IMG/VR virus record: IMGVR_UViG_3300020045_002214 | Location: 1 to 35,950 of that record | Direction: 5' to 3' (one strand) | DNA from: a virus | Taxonomy: Duplodnaviria; Caudoviricetes | DNA length: 35,950 nucleotides | Part shown: one piece after another, positions 9,967-18,157 of the stretch | How positions within the stretch are numbered: position 1 is the first letter of the stretch | Layout: the number at the start of each line of letters is the position of its first letter | Translations under genes and position numbers: made by a program | Notes under the pieces: model-generated | What the model was told of the DNA's origin: nothing | Databases searched by the model: none | The model's input: only the letters and a program-made list of their open reading frames with translations

Positions 9967-10610
9967 AGGGGGAATCCGGCGGCCTTACGTTGTTCAAATA
10001 GCTTCTCACCGATCTGCCATGAGATCGGATTGTCCTCGCGCACATAGGTAGCATCCTTCTGTGCCTTACCGTTAATCCAATGATTATGCTTAAACCCTAC
10101 AATCAAACTAACCCGATACAGATGATGTGTCTTAGCCGTTTCTGCCAGATCGTTATCGGCAAACATCGAAACGTAACCAGGATGATACAGATATCCTAAC
10201 ACGTTGTAGGCCGTTCGATTCATTATCGGCAGGGTTACTATGTCCGACCGGATGCCATCGTGTACCTGCAATACTACCGGATTCGCACCGGTTAGGTACT
10301 GATCGAACAGTAGTAGCTGATCCCATCCTTGCGGCGGTTCCATGTCATCACTGACCAATATCAGGATATCGCCCTTTGATCTCATTGCAGCCGCGTTCGA
10401 TGCAGCTACCATACCGTTGAAAGTATCAGCAACTACGATCAGGCCGGTGTCATCCATAACCTTCATGTAGTTGCTGAACTGAGGATCGTTATCGTTGAGC
10501 GATAGAATCCACTCAATCGGACTATCCGTAACCATTCGATCTAACCACTGCTGAACACACCGGCGAGCCTGCTCAGGCCGTCCGTATGAGGGGTGACAGA
10601 TCGAGATCAT
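9963..10610 (-). CDS. Glycosyltransferase family 2-like
   Basis: Likely start ATG 10610 (TAATG overlap): MISICHPSYGRP...GMVAASNAAA...GDILILVSDDM...SMFADNDL...HNHW. Confidence 0.85.
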   Translation of the reverse strand: MISICHPSYGRPEQARRCVQQWLDRMVTDSPIEWILSLNDNDPQFSNYMKVMDDTGLIVVADTFNGMVAASNAAAMRSKGDILILVSDDMEPPQGWDQLLLFDQYLTGANPVVLQVHDGIRSDIVTLPIMNRTAYNVLGYLYHPGYVSMFADNDLAETAKTHHLYRVSLIVGFKHNHWINGKAQKDATYVREDNPISWQIGEKLFEQRKAAGFPL

Positions 10611-10846
10611 TAGAACGGTAGATCGTCTGTCGGTACAGATTCGCTCGGTACGTTCGCATCGACCTGGCGCGGTTCGCGTACGCTCAGACTGAGCCATTTC
10701 TTACCGTTCGTGTCCTTGATCCATCCGGAAACATCGAGCAGTTCGCCCTTGACGTTAATCTTACCGGTGTAGTCGGGATGATTGTCCGACTTTTTTGATT
10801 CATTCCTGAACAGACTACCGCTGTTCTCTTTGTGTTCATATGCCAT
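10610..10846 (-). CDS. Small ssDNA-binding-like protein (DUF736-like)
   Basis: GSLFRN...HPDYTGKI...GW.K...LSLSV and an acidic C-terminal DDLPF tail as in SSBs. Confidence 0.7.
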   Translation of the reverse strand: MAYEHKENSGSLFRNESKKSDNHPDYTGKINVKGELLDVSGWIKDTNGKKWLSLSVREPRQVDANVPSESVPTDDLPF

Positions 10847-10994
10847 GATTCTATCTTATTATTTCGGCTAATGTAAGTACACGCAATCAGATTTGCAAGA
10901 AAAAGTACCATCAATTACGGGTAATTCGAGCCTAACTGATTCAGGCAGAATCATTTCGAGCGATCTGTAACACATTGCTACAGATTCGATTTTG

Positions 10995-11209
10995 AATGTG
11001 TTACACGTAACTGATTGACTTACAAGGATTAAGCAAAAACTGATACGAATAAACGGAATACACACTTCATAAGTCTATTTCTTTATAGTTTTTCTAAAAG
11101 AACACACACACACTATATGGCCGAAAGTGGAAATCAAAATGTATATTCCGTTTTTCTGTAGCTGGCAAGTTCAACTCAATATAAATCAAGTACTTGCGTG
11201 TAACACATT
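10995..11209. promoter_or_regulatory. Dyad-symmetric element with paired IHF-like boxes (candidate cos/packaging site or origin)
   Basis: Inverted pairs 10995-11007/11197-11209, 11008-11020/11184-11196 and 11051-11060/11144-11153 all share centre 11102; 11184-11196 AATCAAGTACTTG matches WATCAANNNNTTR. Confidence 0.65.
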
Positions 11210-11348
11210 AGCCGAAAATTATTGTTTTCAAAGTGTGTTTTAGCTTCCGGCACTAAAGTATTAACATTAAATAAATCCTATTCAGATTAATGCCGATATA
11301 ATATGCGGACTTTATCTGTACTTATGGAACTATATTCACTACCTTTTT

Positions 11349-11380
11349 GTTGCGTTTTGAAAGGTTGTGCATTATCTTTG
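11349..11380 (+). promoter_or_regulatory. Bacteroidota primary-sigma promoter
   Basis: TATCTTTG (-7 box) at 11373-11380 with GTTG 20 nt upstream; precedes ORF 11413. Confidence 0.7.
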
Positions 11381-11412
11381 TCCAAGTAAAAACAACTTAA
11401 AATTAAAACAAC

Positions 11413-11685
11413 ATGGAAGATTTGACCCTAAACAATGATTATGATGCGCCACTCCGTTACAATTCACTTAAAGACGGACTACAAAGAACACGTAAAAGTA
11501 AGTATCCGTGGGCGCAAATGAAGCTGAATCAGAACTTTTTTGAAACGGCCAGACGTAATACTATACCACAATTGCAGAACAAATTAGCTGCCTGCGCTCG
11601 ATCTTGGGCGAAACGGCACGGTTTGGATTGGGAGTTTGCCACTCAGCAGGAGGCTACCGGAGTAAGGATATGGCGGACTAAGTAG
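11413..11685 (+). CDS. Small putative DNA-binding protein
   Basis: KYPWAQMKLNQNFF...GVRIWR motif seen in small phage proteins; A-rich leader. Confidence 0.6.
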   Translation: MEDLTLNNDYDAPLRYNSLKDGLQRTRKSKYPWAQMKLNQNFFETARRNTIPQLQNKLAACARSWAKRHGLDWEFATQQEATGVRIWRTK

Positions 11686-11726
11686 AGCCATGAGCAAGAT
11701 TAATAGTACAAGTAAAACTAAAAACT

Positions 11727-12008
11727 ATGATAACAAGAGAACAGTATTTAGAAGCATTAGACATTGTTGAAACTTACCATCAGCAATTAAAGCCAGATAT
11801 TAAAACTTTAACCCCAATCAGAGGATGGTCTAAGTTTAGAGATTGCAGTACGCGTTTACAGCACGTACTCGATCAAATAGAAGATGGAATACCTTATCTT
11901 GATTATAAGGAAGAGTATATAGAAAATATAAGAATTGAAATAATGGCAAAAGTTAGGCATTGCGGAAGAAAGACATTGTATGAATTTATTGAAATGAGGG
12001 GGTATTAA
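11727..12008 (+). CDS. Protein with an RNA polymerase alpha-CTD-like C-terminal domain
   Basis: STRLQHVL...IMAKVRHCGRKTLYEFIE resembles alphaCTD SVRA.NCL...LLK..NLG.KSL.EI. Confidence 0.5.
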   Translation: MITREQYLEALDIVETYHQQLKPDIKTLTPIRGWSKFRDCSTRLQHVLDQIEDGIPYLDYKEEYIENIRIEIMAKVRHCGRKTLYEFIEMRGY

Positions 12009-12021
12009 ATCCCAACCCCGA

Positions 12022-12056
12022 TCAGGGCTAATCTAACCGGTTAGCCCTGACTTTTG
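12022..12056 (+). terminator. Intrinsic terminator
   Basis: TCAGGGCTAA-N9-TTAGCCCTGA followed by CTTTTG. Confidence 0.8.
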
Positions 12057-12096
12057 TAGTAATAATTCTACAAAAAGTAAAATAATTGAAAATAAA

Positions 12097-12129
12097 TTTG
12101 GATTCTATGAAACTTTTAGTTTATATTTG
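12097..12129 (+). promoter_or_regulatory. Bacteroidota primary-sigma promoter for the early operon
   Basis: TTTG (12097-12100), 21 nt, TATATTTG (12122-12129). Confidence 0.85.
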
Positions 12130-12144
12130 CGTAAAGATTGAAAC

Positions 12145-12366
12145 ATGAAAAGCACAGTAGATCAAAAATTACAGAAGTTAAGACGGGATGTTTACGGTAG
12201 ATATGCAGACATTGCTAAAGAAACCGGAGTGACTATCTCAACTGTATCAAGGGTATTAAACGGTTACTATATTAATATGGAAATTATTGATAAAGCCGTT
12301 GAAGTACGCCAAAGGATACAGAATGAAAAAAAATTAAACCTTTCAAAACTTGACGACGTATTATGA
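12145..12366 (+). CDS. HTH transcriptional regulator (LacI/Cro-like HTH)
   Basis: YADIAKETGVTISTVSRVLNG. Confidence 0.85.
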   Translation: MKSTVDQKLQKLRRDVYGRYADIAKETGVTISTVSRVLNGYYINMEIIDKAVEVRQRIQNEKKLNLSKLDDVL

Positions 12367-12695
12367 AAAACATAGTATATAGAGTAGATGATAACGGTTG
12401 TTGGATTAATAAATCTCATACTCCATTACATTATGATTTATATGGCAGAATTCATAGGGATGGAAGATGGATCTCTTTACACAGATTTATGTACACTTTG
12501 ACAAAAGGAGAAATACCTAAAGGATTAGTTGTTAGACATACTTGTGATGTAAAGCAATGTATTAACCCAGATCATTTAATAATTGGAACGCATAAAGACA
12601 ATTGCCAAGACTATATGACGCGTCACGGGAACAAAAGATTAGCTAAAAAGTATATTGAAAAATGGAACTTAAAACACCCACATAACCAAATATGA
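12363..12695 (+). CDS. HNH endonuclease (HNH_3 type)
   Basis: GCWI...YGRI...HRFMY...VVRHTCDVKQCINPDHL..GTHKDN. Confidence 0.9.
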   Translation: MKNIVYRVDDNGCWINKSHTPLHYDLYGRIHRDGRWISLHRFMYTLTKGEIPKGLVVRHTCDVKQCINPDHLIIGTHKDNCQDYMTRHGNKRLAKKYIEKWNLKHPHNQI

Positions 12696-12985
12696 AGAAG
12701 AACCTAACCCCAGATGAAGCCGGCCGCTTAGTTAGATTACTGAGGGATGACTTTGAAAATTGCCCTACTCGCATTGCATTAATGGAGCATCAACAAGAAG
12801 TAATCGAACTAACCCGATCTATGTATGGATTAACTGGATTAGAGTGTTTTCTCGAAAGTGCTAACCAGATGCAGTCAGATTATGAATTAGATTACCCGAT
12901 TGAAGATGAAGATTTTGATCCTAATTGGCAAGAAAATGCAGCCCCCACAGAGTTAAATAGAATGATAAATCCTAACAGATTATGA
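12692..12985 (+). CDS. Hypothetical protein
   Basis: ATGA-coupled ORF with an acidic C-terminus. Confidence 0.65.
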   Translation: MKKNLTPDEAGRLVRLLRDDFENCPTRIALMEHQQEVIELTRSMYGLTGLECFLESANQMQSDYELDYPIEDEDFDPNWQENAAPTELNRMINPNRL

Positions 12986-13191
12986 CAACTCTAAAAAAAT
13001 TGAAGTTAGGCGATATTACACGTATTGCATCTGAATTAGACATATCACCTGGCTACGTACAAAAGGCGTTAAGAGGCCAATGTGAATCTCAATTATGTAA
13101 AAATATTAGAGATTATGCCGATTTTATTGTGGCTCAGTATGACCAAAGGGAACAGTATCTTATTACTTATTTTAAATCCTTACGCCAATGA
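12982..13191 (+). CDS. HTH protein
   Basis: GDITRIASELDISPGYVQKALRG. Confidence 0.75.
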   Translation: MTTLKKLKLGDITRIASELDISPGYVQKALRGQCESQLCKNIRDYADFIVAQYDQREQYLITYFKSLRQ

Positions 13192-13796
13192 AGTCCCGAA
13201 TCGAATGGCTTCATGAACTACCTGAGCCGTACCGGTCGCAAGCGATCGAGAATTGTCTTGCTCAGAACGAGCCTGACGATTATATGGATATGGATAAGAG
13301 GTCTGTGAAGTCAACTGTACTCGAATCATTTGTATGGAAGAACACACTACAAGGATGGCACTATTGGAACAAGTTATATCAGAGCCTATGCATCGCTATC
13401 GTGATGGTGTTTACATCCGGATGCAGTAAGGATGAATCGGCACGACCAGTATCACCGGCATCAACGTCTATTGTAACGGTATCCGCAAAGCGATACTATC
13501 CGTTACTGAATAAGTCCTACCAATGGCAGCAGGATATAACGAGTAGCACAGTTGATCTGTATCCGACTGGAATAGATACGGTTTACTTTGGCAAACAGAT
13601 TCACTTCAACCGTATTAACGATAGTTTGTTTTGCTCACAATATAATATACCGGCTAACTTTGGTACGATCATCAGCGCAAACGCACACGGTGCTATATTA
13701 AATGGTGATAGTGTTGATGTAGTATTTTCAACAACAGTACTAACATCTTCAGGTACTAATAGCGGTACTTTATGGAAGCTAAATTGGATGCTATGA
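13188..13796 (+). CDS. Hypothetical protein with an internal lipoprotein-like signal
   Basis: Trp-rich N-terminal module followed by LCIAIVMVFTSG-CSKD and a beta-rich domain. Confidence 0.6.
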   Translation: MKSRIEWLHELPEPYRSQAIENCLAQNEPDDYMDMDKRSVKSTVLESFVWKNTLQGWHYWNKLYQSLCIAIVMVFTSGCSKDESARPVSPASTSIVTVSAKRYYPLLNKSYQWQQDITSSTVDLYPTGIDTVYFGKQIHFNRINDSLFCSQYNIPANFGTIISANAHGAILNGDSVDVVFSTTVLTSSGTNSGTLWKLNWML

Positions 13797-14065
13797 AACG
13801 ATACTGGACTACCGCTGAACTCAGAATGATTCGGGACAACCTGAAGCTGAGTGATAAGAAGTTAGCCGATATGTTAGGTCGTACCGCGATCAGTATAAAG
13901 AAGGTACGGCTCAGGAACGGAATGTCTAAAGCGAAGAAATCAGGCCGGATCAAGTCGCTCAGTGATGAGCAGATCGATGAGATCAGACAAAGCCCGTACA
14001 GTAGCCATCAGTTAGCGTTCGTGTACGGAGTGAATCATGCAACAATACTAAACTATAAGAAATGA
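13793..14065 (+). CDS. HTH-containing protein
   Basis: WTTAEL...SDKKLADMLGRT..SI and a second HTH, SSHQLAFVYGVNHATI. Confidence 0.7.
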   Translation: MKRYWTTAELRMIRDNLKLSDKKLADMLGRTAISIKKVRLRNGMSKAKKSGRIKSLSDEQIDEIRQSPYSSHQLAFVYGVNHATILNYKK

Positions 14066-14661
14066 CAACCCTCACCCATTATTGGAGCAGCGAAACGCGC
14101 TCAGAAATAAACAAGGCATTAATCGCTTTTCAGTTAGAAGGCGTAACACTGGATAAAGACCGCGAAGTACCCGCCGGCGGAAGTAGAACCAGGAAGTATA
14201 TTACACTCGACAATATTTTAAGGCACATCCGCAACCCATTGGCAAAGCATGGGTTATTTATTGAGCAGCATTTAGCCGGTGAATTATTCCTTACCAGAAT
14301 TAATCACGTTTCAGGCGAGTATATTATGAGCGGTATTCCTTTTCAAGAAATGCAGGGTAATAATACTACAAAGATTCAGAACGCCGGCGGCGGCATCACT
14401 TACCTTCGTAGATACGCATTGATTTCTATTCTTGGACTTGCGGCTGACGAAGATGACGACGGTGCTACTACGCAAGTGGAGGTGAAGAAAGCTGCACCGG
14501 TACAAAAGGTATTAAAGTCAATGGATGATGCTACACTTGCTAAGGCTATTGATTCTATTATCTCTGGCGGTACGACTATTGACAAAATCGGTGCGGTATA
14601 TTCATTAACAACTATGCAATTTAACGCGCTCGCAGCAGCGGCATCAACTGTAAAACCATGA
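14062..14661 (+). CDS. erf: ERF-family ssDNA annealing protein
   Basis: GGGITYLRRYALISILGLAADEDDDG signature. Confidence 0.9.
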   Translation: MTTLTHYWSSETRSEINKALIAFQLEGVTLDKDREVPAGGSRTRKYITLDNILRHIRNPLAKHGLFIEQHLAGELFLTRINHVSGEYIMSGIPFQEMQGNNTTKIQNAGGGITYLRRYALISILGLAADEDDDGATTQVEVKKAAPVQKVLKSMDDATLAKAIDSIISGGTTIDKIGAVYSLTTMQFNALAAAASTVKP

Positions 14662-15164
14662 TAAACTCAGAAGAACTCTACCACTATTCGCCTGACGAAT
14701 CTGGTACAACAGAACTAATACTTTCTACTAATTGTGCAAAAGATAGCATTGAAGCGCAAGTTAAGTATATGGTAGATAAAGTACACAACGGAGAGGTAAA
14801 CGCATTGCAAGCAGGTGTGCATATTTCGGCAGTGATGAAGGTCTGCGAAGAAGTGAAGGAAGCTATACGTAGCGAAGTGATAACTGAAGTAGGCAAATAT
14901 GGTAAGACCGCAGAAGTATGGGGTACTGAGGTAACTGTAAAAGAATCAGGAACAAAGTACGACTATTCCCATTGCGGTGATGTAGTGCTAAATAACCTAA
15001 ATGATGAAATGAATGCTTTGTCAGCGCAGATTAAGCAGCGGCAATCGTTTCTAAAAACTTTATCCGGTAGTACTACTCTGGTTAATGAAGATACCGGTGA
15101 AATATACACCGTTCACCCTCCACGAAAAACAAGTACTACTACTTACGCCGTAACACATAAATGA
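14658..15164 (+). CDS. Phage recombination-module-associated hypothetical protein
   Basis: Coupled to erf; coiled coil plus KYDYSHC and DTGEI motifs. Confidence 0.65.
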   Translation: MINSEELYHYSPDESGTTELILSTNCAKDSIEAQVKYMVDKVHNGEVNALQAGVHISAVMKVCEEVKEAIRSEVITEVGKYGKTAEVWGTEVTVKESGTKYDYSHCGDVVLNNLNDEMNALSAQIKQRQSFLKTLSGSTTLVNEDTGEIYTVHPPRKTSTTTYAVTHK

Positions 15165-15165
15165 T

Positions 15166-15240
15166 ATGATAACCGCCGTAGTACTCGCATTGTGCGTAAT
15201 GATTGCGTACTTAGTAGATATAAACCTAAACGAAGATTAA
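15166..15240 (+). CDS. 24-aa hydrophobic peptide
   Basis: MITAVVLALCVMIAYLVDINLNED*; exactly fills the intergenic gap. Confidence 0.5.
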   Translation: MITAVVLALCVMIAYLVDINLNED

Positions 15241-15241
15241 C

Positions 15242-15589
15242 ATGAGCAACGAACCGAAGTGGGACAAAAGATTAGTGGAGTTACTGCCCCAAAGAGCAAG
15301 CGATACAATTAATCTACTTCAACAAGAGAACGCAGAACTGCGGGAGCTATTAGAGAATGTTCATGGCCTAAGAGTTGACCCCGTAAGTCGAATCGCAACA
15401 ATTCACTCCACCACACCCCGCACCGATGCGGATGGGTTAGCTGATAAATTATATACGTTGATTTGTGATAAATACCGTAAAGCTACACAGACAAAAAGCA
15501 GAGAAATAAAAGCAGAGTACCGTGATTTAATTGAACTATTCGATGATGCCATAAACCAATTCCGCAAGGAGGGCGAACAGAATGGATAA
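15242..15589 (+). CDS. Hypothetical protein
   Basis: ORF track; ends within repeat A. Confidence 0.6.
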   Translation: MSNEPKWDKRLVELLPQRASDTINLLQQENAELRELLENVHGLRVDPVSRIATIHSTTPRTDADGLADKLYTLICDKYRKATQTKSREIKAEYRDLIELFDDAINQFRKEGEQNG

Positions 15590-15906
15590 CTATATCGGAT
15601 TATCGAATAACCAATTAGCATTAATTATAGCTGAAAAAATATCAGGTAGTAATATTGCTTTGGTTATTGCAAATGCTGAAATATTATTAGATTTTTTAAA
15701 TCGTCAACCACTAACCCCCGCAAGGGCTAAAACGAAACAAGATGAAAACACCTGAACAGATACGAGAAGAATTGTTTGATATATTAGGTGATGTTGCTGC
15801 GCCGTTTCCTGCACCTGAATGGGCAGTTGAGCAAATCATCGAACTATTCAACTCTAACCGCCTCTACATTAATGCAATTCCGAAGCAAGGAGGGCGAACA
15901 GAATGG
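15564..15906 (+). repeat. Direct repeat A, 22 bp x2 (15564-15585, 15885-15906)
   Basis: GCAAGGAGGGCGAACAGAATGG, identical in both copies, includes the ATG of the following ORF. Confidence 0.95.
15582..15755 (+). CDS. Hypothetical protein (57 aa)
   Basis: MDNYIGLSNNQLALIIAEK...QDENT*; starts in repeat A1 and ends just past repeat B1. Confidence 0.5.
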   Translation: MDNYIGLSNNQLALIIAEKISGSNIALVIANAEILLDFLNRQPLTPARAKTKQDENT

Positions 15907-15915
15907 GTAAGTTAA
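15742..15915 (+). CDS. Hypothetical protein (57 aa), partial paralog of 16900-17127
   Basis: MKTPEQIREELF...IIELFNSNRL...; shares ELFNSNRL with ORF 16900. Confidence 0.55.
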   Translation: MKTPEQIREELFDILGDVAAPFPAPEWAVEQIIELFNSNRLYINAIPKQGGRTEWVS

Positions 15916-16103
15916 ATAGGTGGACAGTTATAGGAATATGGCTGACTTCGGTCGCTTTAGCAGCGACAGGATGGGCGTATTACAGTAGCGACTATAATGG
16001 GGCTTTATTTTTCTGCTTCATGTCAGGAGCAGCGGCAATGAATACTATTTGGAGCTATTGGGTACATAAAGAAATTTCTGCAACGGGGGGCGGTGAAATA
16101 TGA
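15903..16103 (+). CDS. Small two-TM membrane protein
   Basis: Two hydrophobic stretches. Confidence 0.6.
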   Translation: MGKLNRWTVIGIWLTSVALAATGWAYYSSDYNGALFFCFMSGAAAMNTIWSYWVHKEISATGGGEI

Positions 16104-16306
16104 ACTACCGAAAAACAATAGGAATTACTTGCGCTATTCTGTTGATAGTTGTATGGATTTTGCTACATATTTTTTTAGCAAGTTTTGGCGATTTAGGATT
16201 GGCGGGTGCTTCATTTTCAGCGTGTAGTCAATTTTTATGTTTAATAATACATGGTATGATATGGGGATTATCAAACCGCACCTTACAAAGCAACGGCAAT
16301 GGATAA
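16100..16306 (+). CDS. Small two-TM membrane protein
   Basis: Two hydrophobic stretches; ATGA coupling. Confidence 0.6.
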   Translation: MNYRKTIGITCAILLIVVWILLHIFLASFGDLGLAGASFSACSQFLCLIIHGMIWGLSNRTLQSNGNG

Positions 16307-16514
16307 GCATAATGCAATCATGTTATTACGATTCGGATTTATCGGAGTAATGGTAGTACAAGCTATTTCGTTTCTTCTGCCTGCTTCGGCTGATTTGTGG
16401 CTATCCATTTTAGGCGGGTTTTGTATAGGATTAATGTTCGCTCCAAATATTGTGGCAATCGTGGAGGGTATTAAAGAGATTATAAGGCTTATAAAATTAA
16501 AACGTAAACTATGA
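16299..16514 (+). CDS. Small two-TM membrane protein
   Basis: Two hydrophobic stretches and a basic C-terminus. Confidence 0.6.
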   Translation: MDKHNAIMLLRFGFIGVMVVQAISFLLPASADLWLSILGGFCIGLMFAPNIVAIVEGIKEIIRLIKLKRKL

Positions 16515-16888
16515 ACAAAAATCTAATGACAACATTTAAGGTACGCCATGTTAAATTTTGTCCAATAATTGGAATTGGATACTGGTACGATAAGTTTACT
16601 CATCCCGCCTTTCCAATAGGATATACTCACAATTTCTTTCTTCCATTTTTTCACATTGCTTGTGGTGTAATGAATACGCCAACCATAAATGAAAATGAGG
16701 TATTGAAAAAAGAAGTCGAACGACTTAATGAAGAAAATACGCGCCTTGCCGAAGCCGTTATTAAAAAGCCAAGATGGCCAAATTCGTTAAAGAACCGCGT
16801 TAAAAAAGATAATGAGTTAATCATTCAACTACAAAATGAATTATCGGAACTAAAAGCAAAGTATAACCTTAACCCCCGCAAGGGCTAA
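16511..16888 (+). CDS. Hypothetical protein with a C-terminal coiled coil
   Basis: ORF track; ends within repeat B2. Confidence 0.6.
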   Translation: MNKNLMTTFKVRHVKFCPIIGIGYWYDKFTHPAFPIGYTHNFFLPFFHIACGVMNTPTINENEVLKKEVERLNEENTRLAEAVIKKPRWPNSLKNRVKKDNELIIQLQNELSELKAKYNLNPRKG

Positions 16889-16899
16889 AACGAAACAAG

Positions 16900-17127
16900 A
16901 TGAAAAATAAAATTATAGAATTATTCTGTCAGTTTCAAGATAAACAGACAACCGGTGTGTATAGTTGTGACTACCCTGAATTAGCAAATCGCATCCTCGA
17001 ACTATTCAACTCTAACCGCCTCACCAACGAGCAGATTGATGCGATGTTTCCGTATTATGATCTACACCGCCAAGCCGCCCGTCAGGTTCGGGACTTGTTG
17101 CAGGGTAAAGGAGGGGAGGGAGTATGA
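16900..17127 (+). CDS. Hypothetical protein
   Basis: Starts in repeat B2 and contains repeat C2. Confidence 0.6.
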   Translation: MKNKIIELFCQFQDKQTTGVYSCDYPELANRILELFNSNRLTNEQIDAMFPYYDLHRQAARQVRDLLQGKGGEGV

Positions 17128-17426
17128 GCCGAACACGCTACGATATCGCCCTTGACGCTGCTGCGGCGGAGTTAGGGTATACCGACTATCGTCAATCAAA
17201 AAGGTTGCTAATTAAATTTACTCCTACTGTAAATAATTTAGTTAAACAACTACAATCCATCCACACCCGAGCCGCTGAAATCTTTGCGATGGGATTTGCG
17301 GAGTGGTGTGGTGACAACTATGTAAAGCTACATGGTGTTTGGGTTCATCGTTTTAATTCGCAAATAGATAGTAATAACTACAAAACCACCGAACAACTCC
17401 TAACCCTATACAACCAATCAGCATGA
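17124..17426 (+). CDS. Hypothetical protein
   Basis: Coupled ORF with GFAEWC...TTEQLLTLY. Confidence 0.6.
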   Translation: MSRTRYDIALDAAAAELGYTDYRQSKRLLIKFTPTVNNLVKQLQSIHTRAAEIFAMGFAEWCGDNYVKLHGVWVHRFNSQIDSNNYKTTEQLLTLYNQSA

Positions 17427-17740
17427 AAAAGAAACTATACAAATGGCTATTAGGAATAGCAAAAAAGATTATTGCAATTAACCTTGTTGAATACGGCACT
17501 CCTCTTACTCCTGAGTATTTGTCAAATAAGGGGTGGATTGAATACGAACAAGGACATTGGATTGAACAAAATATTAGGGAGAGAGATCGAATTTCAATTC
17601 AATTTAATCGTCATTATTATAGAGTATGGCATGGCTATAGCAAAACATTTGTAGCGGCTGAGTCAACTGTTGAATGGTTTGAAATATACTATTTACTTAT
17701 TCACAGAGATAACGGACGTTATCAATTAGCCGGATACTAA
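17423..17740 (+). CDS. Hypothetical protein
   Basis: Coupled AT-rich ORF with PLTPEYL..KGW. Confidence 0.6.
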   Translation: MKKKLYKWLLGIAKKIIAINLVEYGTPLTPEYLSNKGWIEYEQGHWIEQNIRERDRISIQFNRHYYRVWHGYSKTFVAAESTVEWFEIYYLLIHRDNGRYQLAGY

Positions 17741-17743
17741 CCC

Positions 17744-18157
17744 ATGACACCACAAACCGTAACAATCCGCATCCCACGCAAACAGTCGGAACGGATACAA
17801 TTCAGCAAGGAACTATACGACAAGAACCCGCAGGAGTGGGAGGTTGAAACAAGGCAAGGTGAACCTGCCCAAATATTAACAACAGAGTGGAATGATGACT
17901 GCTGCGTAGTTTATAATACGAAGCATTATGGCGGAGAATGTACGTTAGATGGATTTTATTACCCAAGTAAACAGGAAAGTTGCCGCGACCTATTCATGCG
18001 CCGCAAGTCGGATGAGAAGTTGCCGGAGGATGAGTGGATGAATTTGTACCGAAAGATTAAAATATCATACACTACGAAAGACGATGCAAACAAGAATGCA
18101 AGTAATGACCGCATCGCCCTCGTCCACGTTACTTACGCATGGGAGGATCAGCCATGA
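17744..18157 (+). CDS. Hypothetical protein
   Basis: VETRQGEPAQIL...DLFM module. Confidence 0.65.
   Translation: MTPQTVTIRIPRKQSERIQFSKELYDKNPQEWEVETRQGEPAQILTTEWNDDCCVVYNTKHYGGECTLDGFYYPSKQESCRDLFMRRKSDEKLPEDEWMNLYRKIKISYTTKDDANKNASNDRIALVHVTYAWEDQP

Larger units (their letters stand above)
15712..16906 (+). repeat. Direct repeat B, 37 bp x2 (15712-15748, 16870-16906)
   Basis: TAACCCCCGCAAGGGCTAAAACGAAACAAGATGAAAA, identical; includes a CCC-GCAA-GGG hairpin and a start codon. Confidence 0.95.
15839..17022 (+). repeat. Direct repeat C, 26 bp x2 (15839-15864, 16997-17022)
   Basis: TCGAACTATTCAACTCTAACCGCCTC, identical and intragenic. Confidence 0.95.

Noticed and set aside
9963-10697. Longer 244-aa start for the second glycosyltransferase
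   Set aside because: The extension overlaps the SSB-like gene; ATG 10610 gives TAATG coupling and a typical GT2 N-terminus.
10868-11065. 65-aa ORF (and 10684-10914) from the ORF track
   Set aside because: Overlaps the symmetric regulatory element or the SSB-like gene; no protein-like features.
10995-11209. Protelomerase telRL site
   Set aside because: The symmetry is interrupted rather than a perfect central palindrome, and no protelomerase gene is visible.
15557-17022. CRISPR array or integron attC array
   Set aside because: Three different repeats with two copies each, irregular coding inserts, no attC-like palindromes, no cas or intI gene.
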